The translations under genes were made by a program, and so were the position numbers. Shown here piece by piece: positions 48,616 through 57,276 of a stretch of 64,000 bases of DNA; position 1 is the stretch's first letter; every line of letters begins with the position of its first letter. The DNA lies in contig CAYJAY010000009.1 in NCBI GenBank assembly GCA_964368445.1, positions 4,032 through 68,031 on the forward strand, read 5' to 3'. Under the pieces are notes generated by a model. The model saw only the letters and a program-made list of their open reading frames with translations. It was not told where the DNA came from and searched no databases. This DNA comes from an uncultured Oscillospiraceae bacterium. Lineage in GTDB: Bacteria; Bacillota; Clostridia; Oscillospirales; Ruminococcaceae.

Positions 48616-50127
48616 ATGAAAAAAATTGTATTAATTCTGCTGTTAGTTGCTGTTTGTATCTCTCTTACTTCGTGCGCATTACAAGTTATTGATGTTATTG
48701 TCGAACAAGTACAACAATCGAATGATACTCAACAAGATGATTTTTTTGAAGATCAAGACCAAAATCAAGACAATCCGGAACATAACGACACCGTTGATTT
48801 TGGGGAAATTTTGCTTGAGTCGGGCGAAATTGAGCTTGATATTCTTGTTGTCGATAACGAAGAATGTCTAATTAAAATTACTGGTCTTGAAATTGACGGA
48901 CAACGGGAATTTGCACACCTTAATGTATATTTTGAAAACAAGTCAGATGATATGACGTATTTGTTTAGAGCCGAAGACACTAATATTAACGGTGTTTTTG
49001 TTAACTCCAGTTTATATGCAACGGTAGCACCCGGGAAGAAAGATAACGCACGAGCTATTTTTTTAATAGAAAGTTTTACAAGAAACGGGCTTGAGGCAAT
49101 TACAGATTTCGAAATGACATTTGTATTGACGGAAGAGGGAAACTTTGATGATACGATTTTAACCGAATATGTTCGCTTTTACCCCTATGGGGAACAAAAC
49201 GCAACAAAATTTGAAAGGACACCAAAAGAAAGCGATGTAGTTGTTTTAGACAACGAATATGTAACGGTTATTTTTACCGATTACTTGCAAGACGACTATT
49301 TCTATATGATCGACTATTATATTATTAATAAAACGGGGAAACCTATTAAGATATATACTTCTGATACTTCAATCAACGATTACATGTACAGTTTATATGT
49401 GTATACATATTTGCCGGCGGATGCATCGGTGTTCGATAAGATCGATATTTATAAAGCAGAGTTAAAACGAAATAATATCGAAACTTTAGAAGAAATAGAA
49501 TTGAGAATTATTGTTGAAGATGAAGAAACCTATAGTATTATAGGAAAAACCGATTATATTACAATTAGCTCAAAAGAGTTTGGATCTTTATATAATAATT
49601 ATAATTACAGTGGTAATCAACTTGAAGACGAACAAGACGAAGTTGATGAAGAGCAACTACAAGCCTCCACACCAACAGATATTATATATGAAAAACCGTT
49701 TGGTAGCTATATTGTCCCAAGCGATTGGCAGGAAGATACCGGATATTACGAAGGGGTGTTCACATATATACACGAGGATGATATTTTCGGTTTTGAAACG
49801 GTATCGGCAGGTTATATTGAGAATGGATATGCGCTTGAGGAACATGAAGAATTTAGAGATGAAGTTTTAAATACAATTCTTACAGAGGTTAATCCAGAAG
49901 ACTACGAGGAACTATTGGGCGAAGGATTTATAACCGATAACGGATACAATTGCTATCTTTTTACTATTGTGATTGATGAGAATTCCGAATATCTACAAGC
50001 GTTTATTATTGGCGATTACAAATATGTGTTGGTAGACCATTTTTATTATATAGATGGATTGGGAGAGCAAAGCACAGAGGTGTTTCACCAAATAATTAAC
50101 AGTTTTACATGGAATGAAAGTATGTAA
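48616..50127 (+). CDS. Acidic lipoprotein of unknown function
   Basis: Signal peptide with lipobox LTSC followed by a D/E/Q-rich linker. I recognise no family. Confidence 0.55.
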   Translation: MKKIVLILLLVAVCISLTSCALQVIDVIVEQVQQSNDTQQDDFFEDQDQNQDNPEHNDTVDFGEILLESGEIELDILVVDNEECLIKITGLEIDGQREFAHLNVYFENKSDDMTYLFRAEDTNINGVFVNSSLYATVAPGKKDNARAIFLIESFTRNGLEAITDFEMTFVLTEEGNFDDTILTEYVRFYPYGEQNATKFERTPKESDVVVLDNEYVTVIFTDYLQDDYFYMIDYYIINKTGKPIKIYTSDTSINDYMYSLYVYTYLPADASVFDKIDIYKAELKRNNIETLEEIELRIIVEDEETYSIIGKTDYITISSKEFGSLYNNYNYSGNQLEDEQDEVDEEQLQASTPTDIIYEKPFGSYIVPSDWQEDTGYYEGVFTYIHEDDIFGFETVSAGYIENGYALEEHEEFRDEVLNTILTEVNPEDYEELLGEGFITDNGYNCYLFTIVIDENSEYLQAFIIGDYKYVLVDHFYYIDGLGEQSTEVFHQIINSFTWNESM

Positions 50128-50145
50128 GGTATCAAATGGATAAAC

Positions 50146-50185
50146 AAAAACCGAACAGGAGAAAATCCTGTTCGGTTTGCTTTTA
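50146..50185. terminator. Bidirectional terminator between the lipoprotein gene and rpsR
   Basis: aaaccgaacagga-gaaaa-tcctgttcggttt with A-rich and T-rich flanks. Confidence 0.7.
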
Positions 50186-50210
50186 TGACATTTTCAATTG
50201 TTAAATTAAA

Positions 50211-50468
50211 TCAATCACTTGTGTAGGGTAAAAGAGCAAGGTGACGAGCTCTTTTAACAGCAACCGTAATGTCACGTTGGTGTTTCGCACATGTTCCGGT
50301 TACGCGTCTCGGAATGATTTTTGAACGTTCCGAAACAAATTTTCTAAGACGAGCAACGTCTTTATAATCTATTGAACCCGCTCTGTCTACACAGATTTGG
50401 CAAACTTTTCTTCTGCGTTGACGCATGTACGGATTGCCTTGAGGTCTTTCGTTTTGTCCGTTTTCCAT
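50211..50468 (-). CDS. rpsR: 30S ribosomal protein S18
   Basis: Contains [26 protein letters not shown]...[21 protein letters not shown]. Confidence 0.95.
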   Translation of the reverse strand: MENGQNERPQGNPYMRQRRRKVCQICVDRAGSIDYKDVARLRKFVSERSKIIPRRVTGTCAKHQRDITVAVKRARHLALLPYTSD

Positions 50469-50496
50469 TTTATATGAAATCTCCTTATGTTATTTT

Positions 50497-50955
50497 TTAG
50501 AACGGAAGATCTTCATCGTTTGTCACCACCGAAAAATCATCCGGTTCTCCCGCAGAGAAAGAAAGGTTATCTTCTTCTGCGGGGGGGGCAAACTGATATC
50601 TGTCTTCTGTCGCTGTGTTGGAAGAAGAAGCTGAAGCTTTGCTTTCGGTGAAATAAACGCTATCCGCAACTATTTCGACAGCTTTACGTTTCTTTTCTTC
50701 CTTGTCCACATAACTGCGTGTTTGGATTGAACCTTGAACCGCAATCATCTGGCCTTTTTTGAAGTATCTGCAGATAAATTCCGCTGTGTGTCGCCATGCG
50801 ACAACATCGATAAAATCCGCTTGGCGTTCGGCACCTTGTTTTACATAGGAGCGGTTAACCGCCACCGTAAAGGTGGTTACGGCAATGTTATTCGGAGTGT
50901 GCCTAAGTTCCGGGTCGGCTGTGAGCCTGCCCATGAGAGCAACCGTGTTTAGCAT
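50497..50955 (-). CDS. ssb: Single-stranded DNA-binding protein
   Basis: MLNTVALMGRLTADPELRHT OB-fold and an acidic C-terminal DEDLPF tail. Confidence 0.95.
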   Translation of the reverse strand: MLNTVALMGRLTADPELRHTPNNIAVTTFTVAVNRSYVKQGAERQADFIDVVAWRHTAEFICRYFKKGQMIAVQGSIQTRSYVDKEEKKRKAVEIVADSVYFTESKASASSSNTATEDRYQFAPPAEEDNLSFSAGEPDDFSVVTNDEDLPF

Positions 50956-50988
50956 TTTTTAGAAACCTCCTATTTGTTGTTTTTTCTC

Positions 50989-51276
50989 TTATTGCTCTTT
51001 TTTAACAGTAAGCGAGCGAAGAAGTCCATCGGTTATGTTATAGATACGATCGAGCTCTTTAATGAAATCTGTTTCAGATTGAAAGTTAATTAAAACATAG
51101 TAACCTTCAGTCTCTTTTTGGATTTCGTAAGCAAGTCTGCGCTTGCCCCATTCCTCGACCGAATCGACAACACCATTTTTTTCGATGAGTTTTGTGAATT
51201 TTTCGATCATTGCTTTTGTTGCTTCCTCATCAAGTTTGGTGCTGATAACCATAATGGTTTCATAATTCGTTTTCAT
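50989..51276 (-). CDS. rpsF: 30S ribosomal protein S6
   Basis: YETIMVIS...WGKRRLAYEIQK...GYYVLINF pattern and conserved rpsF-ssb-rpsR order. Confidence 0.95.
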   Translation of the reverse strand: MKTNYETIMVISTKLDEEATKAMIEKFTKLIEKNGVVDSVEEWGKRRLAYEIQKETEGYYVLINFQSETDFIKELDRIYNITDGLLRSLTVKKEQ

Positions 51277-51408
51277 GTGTTCTACCTCCTTTTGGACTTG
51301 TGGCTCTTGAATATATCAAGAGCAAGGATGCTGTTAATATTAATACATGTTTAATGAAATACATGTTACAGCCATAGTATTATATCAAAAAAAACCATTT
51401 AAGTCAAA

Positions 51409-52272
51409 CTAAAATTCGAGTTTTTTAAGATATTTTTTGAAATCTTGCCCTATTTCGGGATGTTTCAAGGCAGTTTCAACGATAGCCTCCATCATGCCGA
51501 GTTTATTTCCCATATCATAGCGCTTTCCGATAAAGTCAACGCCGATAACTCCACTTTTTCTTGCTATCTCTGCAATGGCGTCAGTGAGCTGGATTTCACC
51601 GTTTGCTCCCGGTGGCAGTTCGCTTAAAATGGGGTAGATTTCTTTTGTTAAAAGACAACGCCCCAATATCGAATAAAGCGACATGATTTTGTCGGGCGAG
51701 GGCTTTTCTATCATGTCATCTATCTTAAATAGGTTGTCTTTGATGTGGGCAACGTTTAAAGAGGAATATTTTAATATCTGTTCTTTTGTAACCTGTTTCA
51801 TTCCAAGAACAGGAACGGAAAACTCCTCGTAAGCCGAGATAAGTTGACTTGTGACTGGGATTTCGGAAGAGATAACATCGTCTCCGAAAAGCACAGAAAA
51901 AGGCTCGTCCCCCGTGAAAGCTTTTGCACAATATATGGCGTGTCCAAGGCCCTTTGTTACCTTTTGACGCAAAAAGTAGATGTTAGCAAGGTTTGCAGAC
52001 TCAACAACGCTGTCGTAAAGGTCGGTTTTGCCCGATTTAATTAAAGCATCTTCAAGTATTGGCGTCCTGTCAAAATGGTCTTCTATAGAATCTTTGCCAC
52101 GGTTTGTTATTATTAAGATATCTTCAATACCGGAAGCGGTGGCCTCCTCGACGATGTATTGCAATGCAGGTTTGTCCACAATCGGTAACATCTCTTTTGG
52201 TATCGCTTTTGAAGCAGGAAGAACCCTTGTTCCAAGACCTGCCGCCGGAATAACCGCTTTTTTAACTCTCAT
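51409..52272 (-). CDS. galU: UTP--glucose-1-phosphate uridylyltransferase
   Basis: N-terminus KAVIPAAGLGTRVLPASKAIPKEMLPIVDKP. Confidence 0.9.
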   Translation of the reverse strand: MRVKKAVIPAAGLGTRVLPASKAIPKEMLPIVDKPALQYIVEEATASGIEDILIITNRGKDSIEDHFDRTPILEDALIKSGKTDLYDSVVESANLANIYFLRQKVTKGLGHAIYCAKAFTGDEPFSVLFGDDVISSEIPVTSQLISAYEEFSVPVLGMKQVTKEQILKYSSLNVAHIKDNLFKIDDMIEKPSPDKIMSLYSILGRCLLTKEIYPILSELPPGANGEIQLTDAIAEIARKSGVIGVDFIGKRYDMGNKLGMMEAIVETALKHPEIGQDFKKYLKKLEF

Positions 52273-52344
52273 TATATAATATCCTCCAACATTTTATAAT
52301 TGTAAAACTAAAATGATAATATTTCACACCGTAGAGCAGAGATG

Positions 52345-53226
52345 TTATAGTCCGAAGTTAGCATATTGATTGATAAGTTCCATAGGCGGTTCATAACCGA
52401 ACGCCATCAAAACGGACATTACAATGGTAGATAAAAACATAAGGCCGAAAAAGAAAGCTATTATGTTTGCATAGGAAGGGTTGCTTCGGCGAAGTTTTAA
52501 GCGGTAGTCATAGTCGTTTGTTGCGGTTTTCTTAAGTTTTTTTATTCTTTTTGCCGATTGAGTTCGGTATATATAAACCGCAAACACACCACACAAAAGG
52601 TTGAAAAACAACAGCACAGAACTTCCAATCGTTCCGGCGTTTGTAACAAACGTTTCGCTAAGACCGAGTGTATATCCTGCTTGCCAAAAAAACAGATAGA
52701 AAAACGATGGAATGGAACAGATAAACTCAATTGCAAACATTATTGCTGCGGCACTCCAAAGTTTGCGATATATGAAGTAGACAAGAGGTATAAATGCCGC
52801 AGACCAAGTGAACGCGGTTTTTCGCTTAAACTTGTCTTGTGCCGCAAAAGAATAGAGGTAATATTGAGTTGAAGGGCCGATATATTGAACCCAATCTTCA
52901 ACCGGAATTCCGTCTATTTCTTGTTTGTCGGTAATGGGAACGGTGTTCTCGACATTTTGCATAAAATTAGAAAACAACCCCTTGTTTTGTTCTGGTGGGA
53001 GAATGTTTGGGTTTTGCTCGTTTTGTTCTAGGGGAGAAAGCTCAATTTTAATATTTGGGTTATCAAACTCAAAACCCTCATCATGGAGCTTATCGTTAAA
53101 GCAAACTCCGTTTTGTTTGTAACATTCCCTGTGGTGGGGAGTTCCGCAAACGGGACAAACGACGTTGTCTGCGCCCTCCAATTGTTTTTCACAATATGGG
53201 CAGTTTAATCCTTTATAGTTTGTCAT
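52345..53226 (-). CDS. Zinc-ribbon membrane protein (DUF2628-like C-terminal region)
   Basis: CPYCEKQ...CPVCGTPHHRECY N-terminus followed by several TM helices. The start was moved to the ATG at 53226. Confidence 0.55.
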   Translation of the reverse strand: MTNYKGLNCPYCEKQLEGADNVVCPVCGTPHHRECYKQNGVCFNDKLHDEGFEFDNPNIKIELSPLEQNEQNPNILPPEQNKGLFSNFMQNVENTVPITDKQEIDGIPVEDWVQYIGPSTQYYLYSFAAQDKFKRKTAFTWSAAFIPLVYFIYRKLWSAAAIMFAIEFICSIPSFFYLFFWQAGYTLGLSETFVTNAGTIGSSVLLFFNLLCGVFAVYIYRTQSAKRIKKLKKTATNDYDYRLKLRRSNPSYANIIAFFFGLMFLSTIVMSVLMAFGYEPPMELINQYANFGL

Positions 53227-53324
53227 TAATTTTTTCCTTTTTGTTTTAAAGCATATATTATTATATTGTACAATAATTAGCATAAAAAGCAAACATTTTT
53301 TTAATTTTTCGATTCAATGTGGAG

Positions 53325-53601
53325 GATGTAGACTATTTATGTAATGCGAAGCATTATATAAATTCGCCATGTGGCTTTGCCACGGCAACGCCACGGCGTC
53401 TTCAATACTATTTTAAACCGCCTGACCACAACCTCCGCCATAAGGCGGAGCTGGTCAAGATGCACAATCTCCACCTGCGGTGGAGCTAAATATAAATAAT
53501 CCTGCGGATTATTTATATTAGATGTAGCTTTAAAGTTTAGAAATACTACGGTTTTGCGCTATCGGTGCAAAATGCCAAGCAAAGCGAGGCAAGGAGTATT
53601 T
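53325..53601 (+). other. ORF-free cluster of strong stem-loops (unclassified structured element or REP-like array)
   Basis: Hairpins are at 53335-53363 (13 bp, GAA loop), 53371-53383, 53388-53399, 53424-53456 (5+7 bp), 53469-53485 (7 bp), 53489-53519 (14 bp perfect), and a three-way junction at 53541-53601. A GATGTAG direct repeat occurs at 53325 and 53521. Confidence 0.6.
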
Positions 53602-53643
53602 CCTAAATCTTTATCATAGGTTAAAGATTATCTATATATAAGT

Positions 53644-53881
53644 ATGAGTTTGAAAAGAGGATATATTTTGACGGCGGATATTTCGCAAACTTCGAGGGAG
53701 TTTGAATACACGGACATGCCGTACCAAACGCGGCGTATAGCGTTGTTCAAAATAACGGTATCGCATATGTGTACCTTAACGAGGGTTATCTATACAACAT
53801 TTTAAACCTTTCTAAAGGCGAGGAGCACCTTTTGCACGCAGTTTTCAGCAACGGGTTTGGAATAACGAAATATACATATTA
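53644..53881 (+). pseudogene. Possible frameshifted remnant of an unknown gene
   Basis: A 53-codon ATG ORF (53644-53805) overlaps a 58-codon start-less open frame (53706-53881). An orphan terminator follows. Confidence 0.3.
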
Positions 53882-53926
53882 AGTTGTAAACATAAAAATA
53901 AAATATTGTCGTATTGTTTTTCGGGT

Positions 53927-53955
53927 ACGGGCGGATAGTATCTGCCCGTTTTTTG
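53927..53955 (+). terminator. Orphan rho-independent terminator
   Basis: acgggcgg-atagtat-ctgcccgt followed by TTTTTT, with no intact gene upstream. Confidence 0.5.
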
Positions 53956-54050
53956 TTATTTAAATTAAACGTCTAAATTAAGAATCGACAACCTACATAT
54001 TATTCTAGAGTATATTAAAACATAATATCTGTGCAATTATTAATTCCGAC

Positions 54051-54401
54051 GTGAGTTATAAAATAGCTATTTTGAAAACAAAACAATATATTGAAAATCA
54101 TCTTACAGAGAAGATTGCGATAAAAAACATATCTTGCGAAGCTCATTTAAACTCGGCATATTTAAGCCGCATTTTTCATCAAGAAACCGGGTGCACGCTA
54201 ACCGACTATATAACCAAAAGGCGTTTAGAGCAAGCTAAAACCTTACTTGCAACTACTGAGGAGACTATAGGAGAAATAAGCGAAAAAACAGGATTTAAAA
54301 ATGCAAATTATTTTTGCAGAATATTTAAAAAAGAAACATGAAACTCACCGATAGTATATAGGAAGTTGATTAGACAAAAAGAAAACGATGTTTATAGATA
54401 G
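54051..54401 (+). pseudogene. AraC-family HTH-only remnant with an in-frame TGA
   Basis: Only the C-terminal double HTH is present (YIENHL...LNSAYLSRIFHQETGCTLTDYI...NANYFCRIFKKET). The TGA at 54339 sits where the family has Gly, and the frame continues NSPIVYRK, the canonical G-x-SP-x-x-YR ending. There is no N-terminal domain; an in-frame TAG lies at 54006. Confidence 0.6.
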
Positions 54402-54664
54402 TGTTTATCTTTGAAATAAAATCACTTGAGATAAACATGTTTTTGCTACGAATTGAAAGAATGGTTAAAAAAATCGGGATATCACTAAAAAAAGTTTTCA
54501 ACACAAGCGGACTTTTGTATAAATCTATGGGTTTAAAGGATAAACTGCCGTCTATGAGTGAAGATGAACAACTGAAACTTCTTTCGACAGACGGCATGCT
54601 TGTTAAGTGACCTCTCGTTATCGGTGATGATTTTGTGCTTGTTGGCTTTAAAGAAAACGAGTGA
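54401..54664 (+). pseudogene. ArsC/Spx-family remnant with in-frame TGA codons and no N-terminal CxxC region
   Basis: KKVFNTSGLLYKSMGLKDKL...LLSTDGMLVK-TGA-PLVIGDDFVLVGFKENE-TGA. The first TGA replaces the conserved Arg of the KRP motif. The second sits where Trp often occurs. Confidence 0.6.
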
Positions 54665-54825
54665 AAAGAGAGGACATAAAGCAAAAATCATAGAAAAATG
54701 TTAAACAAACTTATCTGTATTGAAAATTTTTGCGATTACCCACGGCGGTTTCACTAAAGATTATTTGTTAAATTCGTGTGGTGCTACAGAATTGAGGAAA
54801 TCTCAATTAGTTATTAAAAAAAATA

Positions 54826-54854
54826 TAGACATTGCTTTTTCGGTTTGTTACAAT
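54826..54854 (+). promoter_or_regulatory. Candidate sigma-A promoter for the PfkB kinase gene
   Basis: TAGACA, 17-nt spacer, TACAAT. It lies about 30 nt upstream of the RBS. Confidence 0.4.
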
Positions 54855-54886
54855 CAACATAAAATATCTTCAAAGGGGAAATTTGT

Positions 54887-55903
54887 ATGCAAAAAAGAAA
54901 CGGCATCTGTTGCGCCGGAAACATGATTGTCGACATAACCTATCCTATTTCTACTTGGCCAAATCAAAATGAGCTGGTTCACATCACCGAGGGCATAACA
55001 AGCACAATTGGTGGTGCGGCTTGCAACACGGCGCTTGACCTTGCAAGGCTAGACAACAACCTTAAGCTTTCGGTTTCGGGGTTTGCGGGGCACGATGCCG
55101 AGGGTGACTTTATCATAGAAGAGATGTCGAAGTTTAAAAACATAGATCTTTCGATGGTTCGGCGAGAGGGTAAAACTTCTTTCACTGCCGTTATGTCCAA
55201 CAACCAAACCAAAGAAAGAACCTTTTTTCAATATGCCGGCTCCAACGCAGATTATAACGAAAACCATATAGATTTTGAAGCTTTAAAAGATACCGCAATT
55301 TTACACATCGGCTATATTCTGTTGCTTCCCGCCCTCGACCAAGAGGATGAAACATATGGAACAAAGATGGCGCGGCTTTTACACAATGCCCAAAAAAGCG
55401 GGCTGAAAACCTCTATAGATGTTGTTTCCGAGATGGGTCGTCGGTTTAAAAAATTGGTTATACCATCTCTTAAATATTCCGATTATTGCATAATAAACGA
55501 ACTGGAAGCTTCACAAACAACAGGCATAGAGCTGAGAACTTGCGACGGAACGTTAAAGCGTGAAAACATGAAAGCGGCTCTTGAAAAACTTTTTGAGCTT
55601 GGTATTTCAACGTGGTCGGTTATACATTGCCCCGAGGCAGGGTTTGGACTTGACACAAAAGGGAACTTTGTTGTTCAAAACAGCCTAGAACTTCCCAAAA
55701 GCTATATAAAAGGCACGGTGGGTGCAGGAGATGCTTTTTGTGCCGGTGTTTTATACAGCGCACATCAAAACGACACGTTGCAAAACGCCTTGCGTCTTGC
55801 GGTGTGCACAGCCAGTGTTTCGCTTTCGTGCCCGGGCGGAACCGAAGGGGTGTGTTCTGTCGACGAGGTGTTAAAGTTATATGACAGATATCCACCAAAA
55901 TAG
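54887..55903 (+). CDS. PfkB-family carbohydrate kinase (ribokinase-like)
   Basis: N-terminal GG motif region and C-terminal GAGDAFCAG motif. Confidence 0.85.
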   Translation: MQKRNGICCAGNMIVDITYPISTWPNQNELVHITEGITSTIGGAACNTALDLARLDNNLKLSVSGFAGHDAEGDFIIEEMSKFKNIDLSMVRREGKTSFTAVMSNNQTKERTFFQYAGSNADYNENHIDFEALKDTAILHIGYILLLPALDQEDETYGTKMARLLHNAQKSGLKTSIDVVSEMGRRFKKLVIPSLKYSDYCIINELEASQTTGIELRTCDGTLKRENMKAALEKLFELGISTWSVIHCPEAGFGLDTKGNFVVQNSLELPKSYIKGTVGAGDAFCAGVLYSAHQNDTLQNALRLAVCTASVSLSCPGGTEGVCSVDEVLKLYDRYPPK

Positions 55904-55927
55904 CAATAGTTAACTTTCACTATGATG

Positions 55928-55956
55928 AAAAAGACAGGTTCGCCTGTCTTTTTTTG
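55928..55956 (+). terminator. Rho-independent terminator after the kinase gene
   Basis: aaaaagacagg-ttcg-cctgtcttttttt. Confidence 0.75.
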
Positions 55957-56205
55957 ATGTGATAATCACCAATAACATACAAACTAAAAAATATAAACAG
56001 GCAATGTTGCACAATCAAAAAGTTTTTTTGTTATGAAAAATGCTGTTTTATGCAAGATAATTTAACTTGTTTGCAAATTTGTTGAAATATGCAGACGATT
56101 AAAAACACCGTATAATTGAAACATCAAATGAGACACGATATAAAAATTTGCGGTGTTTAAATTCGCAAAAGTTTTAAAAGCATTACGAAACGAGGATCTT
56201 TTGTT

Positions 56206-57207
56206 ATGAACAACAATCTCAAACAACAATCAATTCTTAAAAACAACGGTGGAGTATCGGGGGCTGTTCGCAGGTTTTTTATGCAAAGCTACTCCAGTGC
56301 TATCACAGCGAGCATTTTGCTTGTGTTGATATTTTCGATTTTCACCGATTCATTTTTGACAGAATACAACATGTTTAACCTGTCGAGAACCGCCGCAGTA
56401 TATGGCTTCATAGCGGGAGCACAACTCATGGTTGCCACTATCGGCGGAATGAATCTTGCGGTTGGTGCGGTTGGCGGGCTTTCCTGTGTAATACTCGGGG
56501 AATGTATCCAAAACCTTGGATTAAGCAGCCCGGTTGCAATTGTTATCACTTTGTTGGTCGGTGCGCTTTGTGGGTTCATAAACGGATTTTTGGTTGTAAA
56601 ACTCAAACTTTCGGGCTTCATAATAACACTTGCTATGTCGTTTGTATATGGCGGAATTGCAACGGGTCTTTCACATGGTTACCCGTATGAACTAACCGAA
56701 AACTTTGCAAACCTTGGTCGCTCAAGGGTTGGGATAACTTCCGGATTGTTCGTTTTGATGTTGATATTTGTTGTTGTGCTCGCTGTGTTTTTCCACAACA
56801 CTAAATTTGGACGAAGTATTCTTGCAACGGGTGGCAACCAATCGGCAGCACGTCTTTCGGGCATCAGTGTAGACAAAGTTATCATCGCTTGTAACGTTTT
56901 ATCTTGTGTGCTAGCTTCTGTTGCGGCACTGTTCTGGAGTTCGAGAACAGGTTCGGCAACCTCTTCGACCGGTTCCGATTGGATGCTATATTCATTTGCA
57001 GTGTGTGCCATAGGCGGAATTAGCTTGAACGGCGGCAACTTCACCTCGATAGGGTTTTTGTGCGGCTCGTTGATACTCACCATGATACGAAACGGACTTA
57101 CAATGCTAAACGTCGACATTTATTACGAAGAAGCTTTTTTGGGTGCAGTTATACTCCTTGCGGTTTCGGTTGAAAGCTTACGCACAAGATTGGCGCAAAA
57201 ACTTTAA
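56206..57207 (+). CDS. Sugar ABC transporter permease (RbsC-like)
   Basis: Polytopic membrane protein, paralogous to the protein encoded at 22325-23413. Confidence 0.85.
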   Translation: MNNNLKQQSILKNNGGVSGAVRRFFMQSYSSAITASILLVLIFSIFTDSFLTEYNMFNLSRTAAVYGFIAGAQLMVATIGGMNLAVGAVGGLSCVILGECIQNLGLSSPVAIVITLLVGALCGFINGFLVVKLKLSGFIITLAMSFVYGGIATGLSHGYPYELTENFANLGRSRVGITSGLFVLMLIFVVVLAVFFHNTKFGRSILATGGNQSAARLSGISVDKVIIACNVLSCVLASVAALFWSSRTGSATSSTGSDWMLYSFAVCAIGGISLNGGNFTSIGFLCGSLILTMIRNGLTMLNVDIYYEEAFLGAVILLAVSVESLRTRLAQKL

Positions 57208-57276
57208 ATAAAAGAACATTCTTGCATTAGCAAGGGTTCAAATAAAAAATCATAAAAAATAAGAGAGGGAAACAAC

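Noticed and set aside
53319-53601. Assignment of the hairpin cluster to a known RNA class (c-di-GMP-I, ZTP, fluoride or glycine riboswitch, retron msr/msd, OLE/ROOL-type large RNA)
   Set aside because: None of the conserved core sequences I can recall for these classes is present. There is no reverse transcriptase or other partner gene nearby. It is left unclassified rather than forced into a family.
54005-54035. dif-like XerCD site (TTCTAGAGTATATT...ACATAATA)
   Set aside because: Only the left-arm-like TCTAGA-TATAT portion resembles the Firmicute dif consensus, and the conserved TTATGTAAACT arm is absent.
54339-54664. Alternative genetic code (TGA read as Gly or Trp) to explain the in-frame TGAs
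   Set aside because: TGA is used as a genuine stop elsewhere in the window, for example in the LacI-family gene at 17077-17079 and the RdhA-like gene at 13865-13867. The three TGAs also would require three different amino acids. Nonsense mutations are the simpler explanation.
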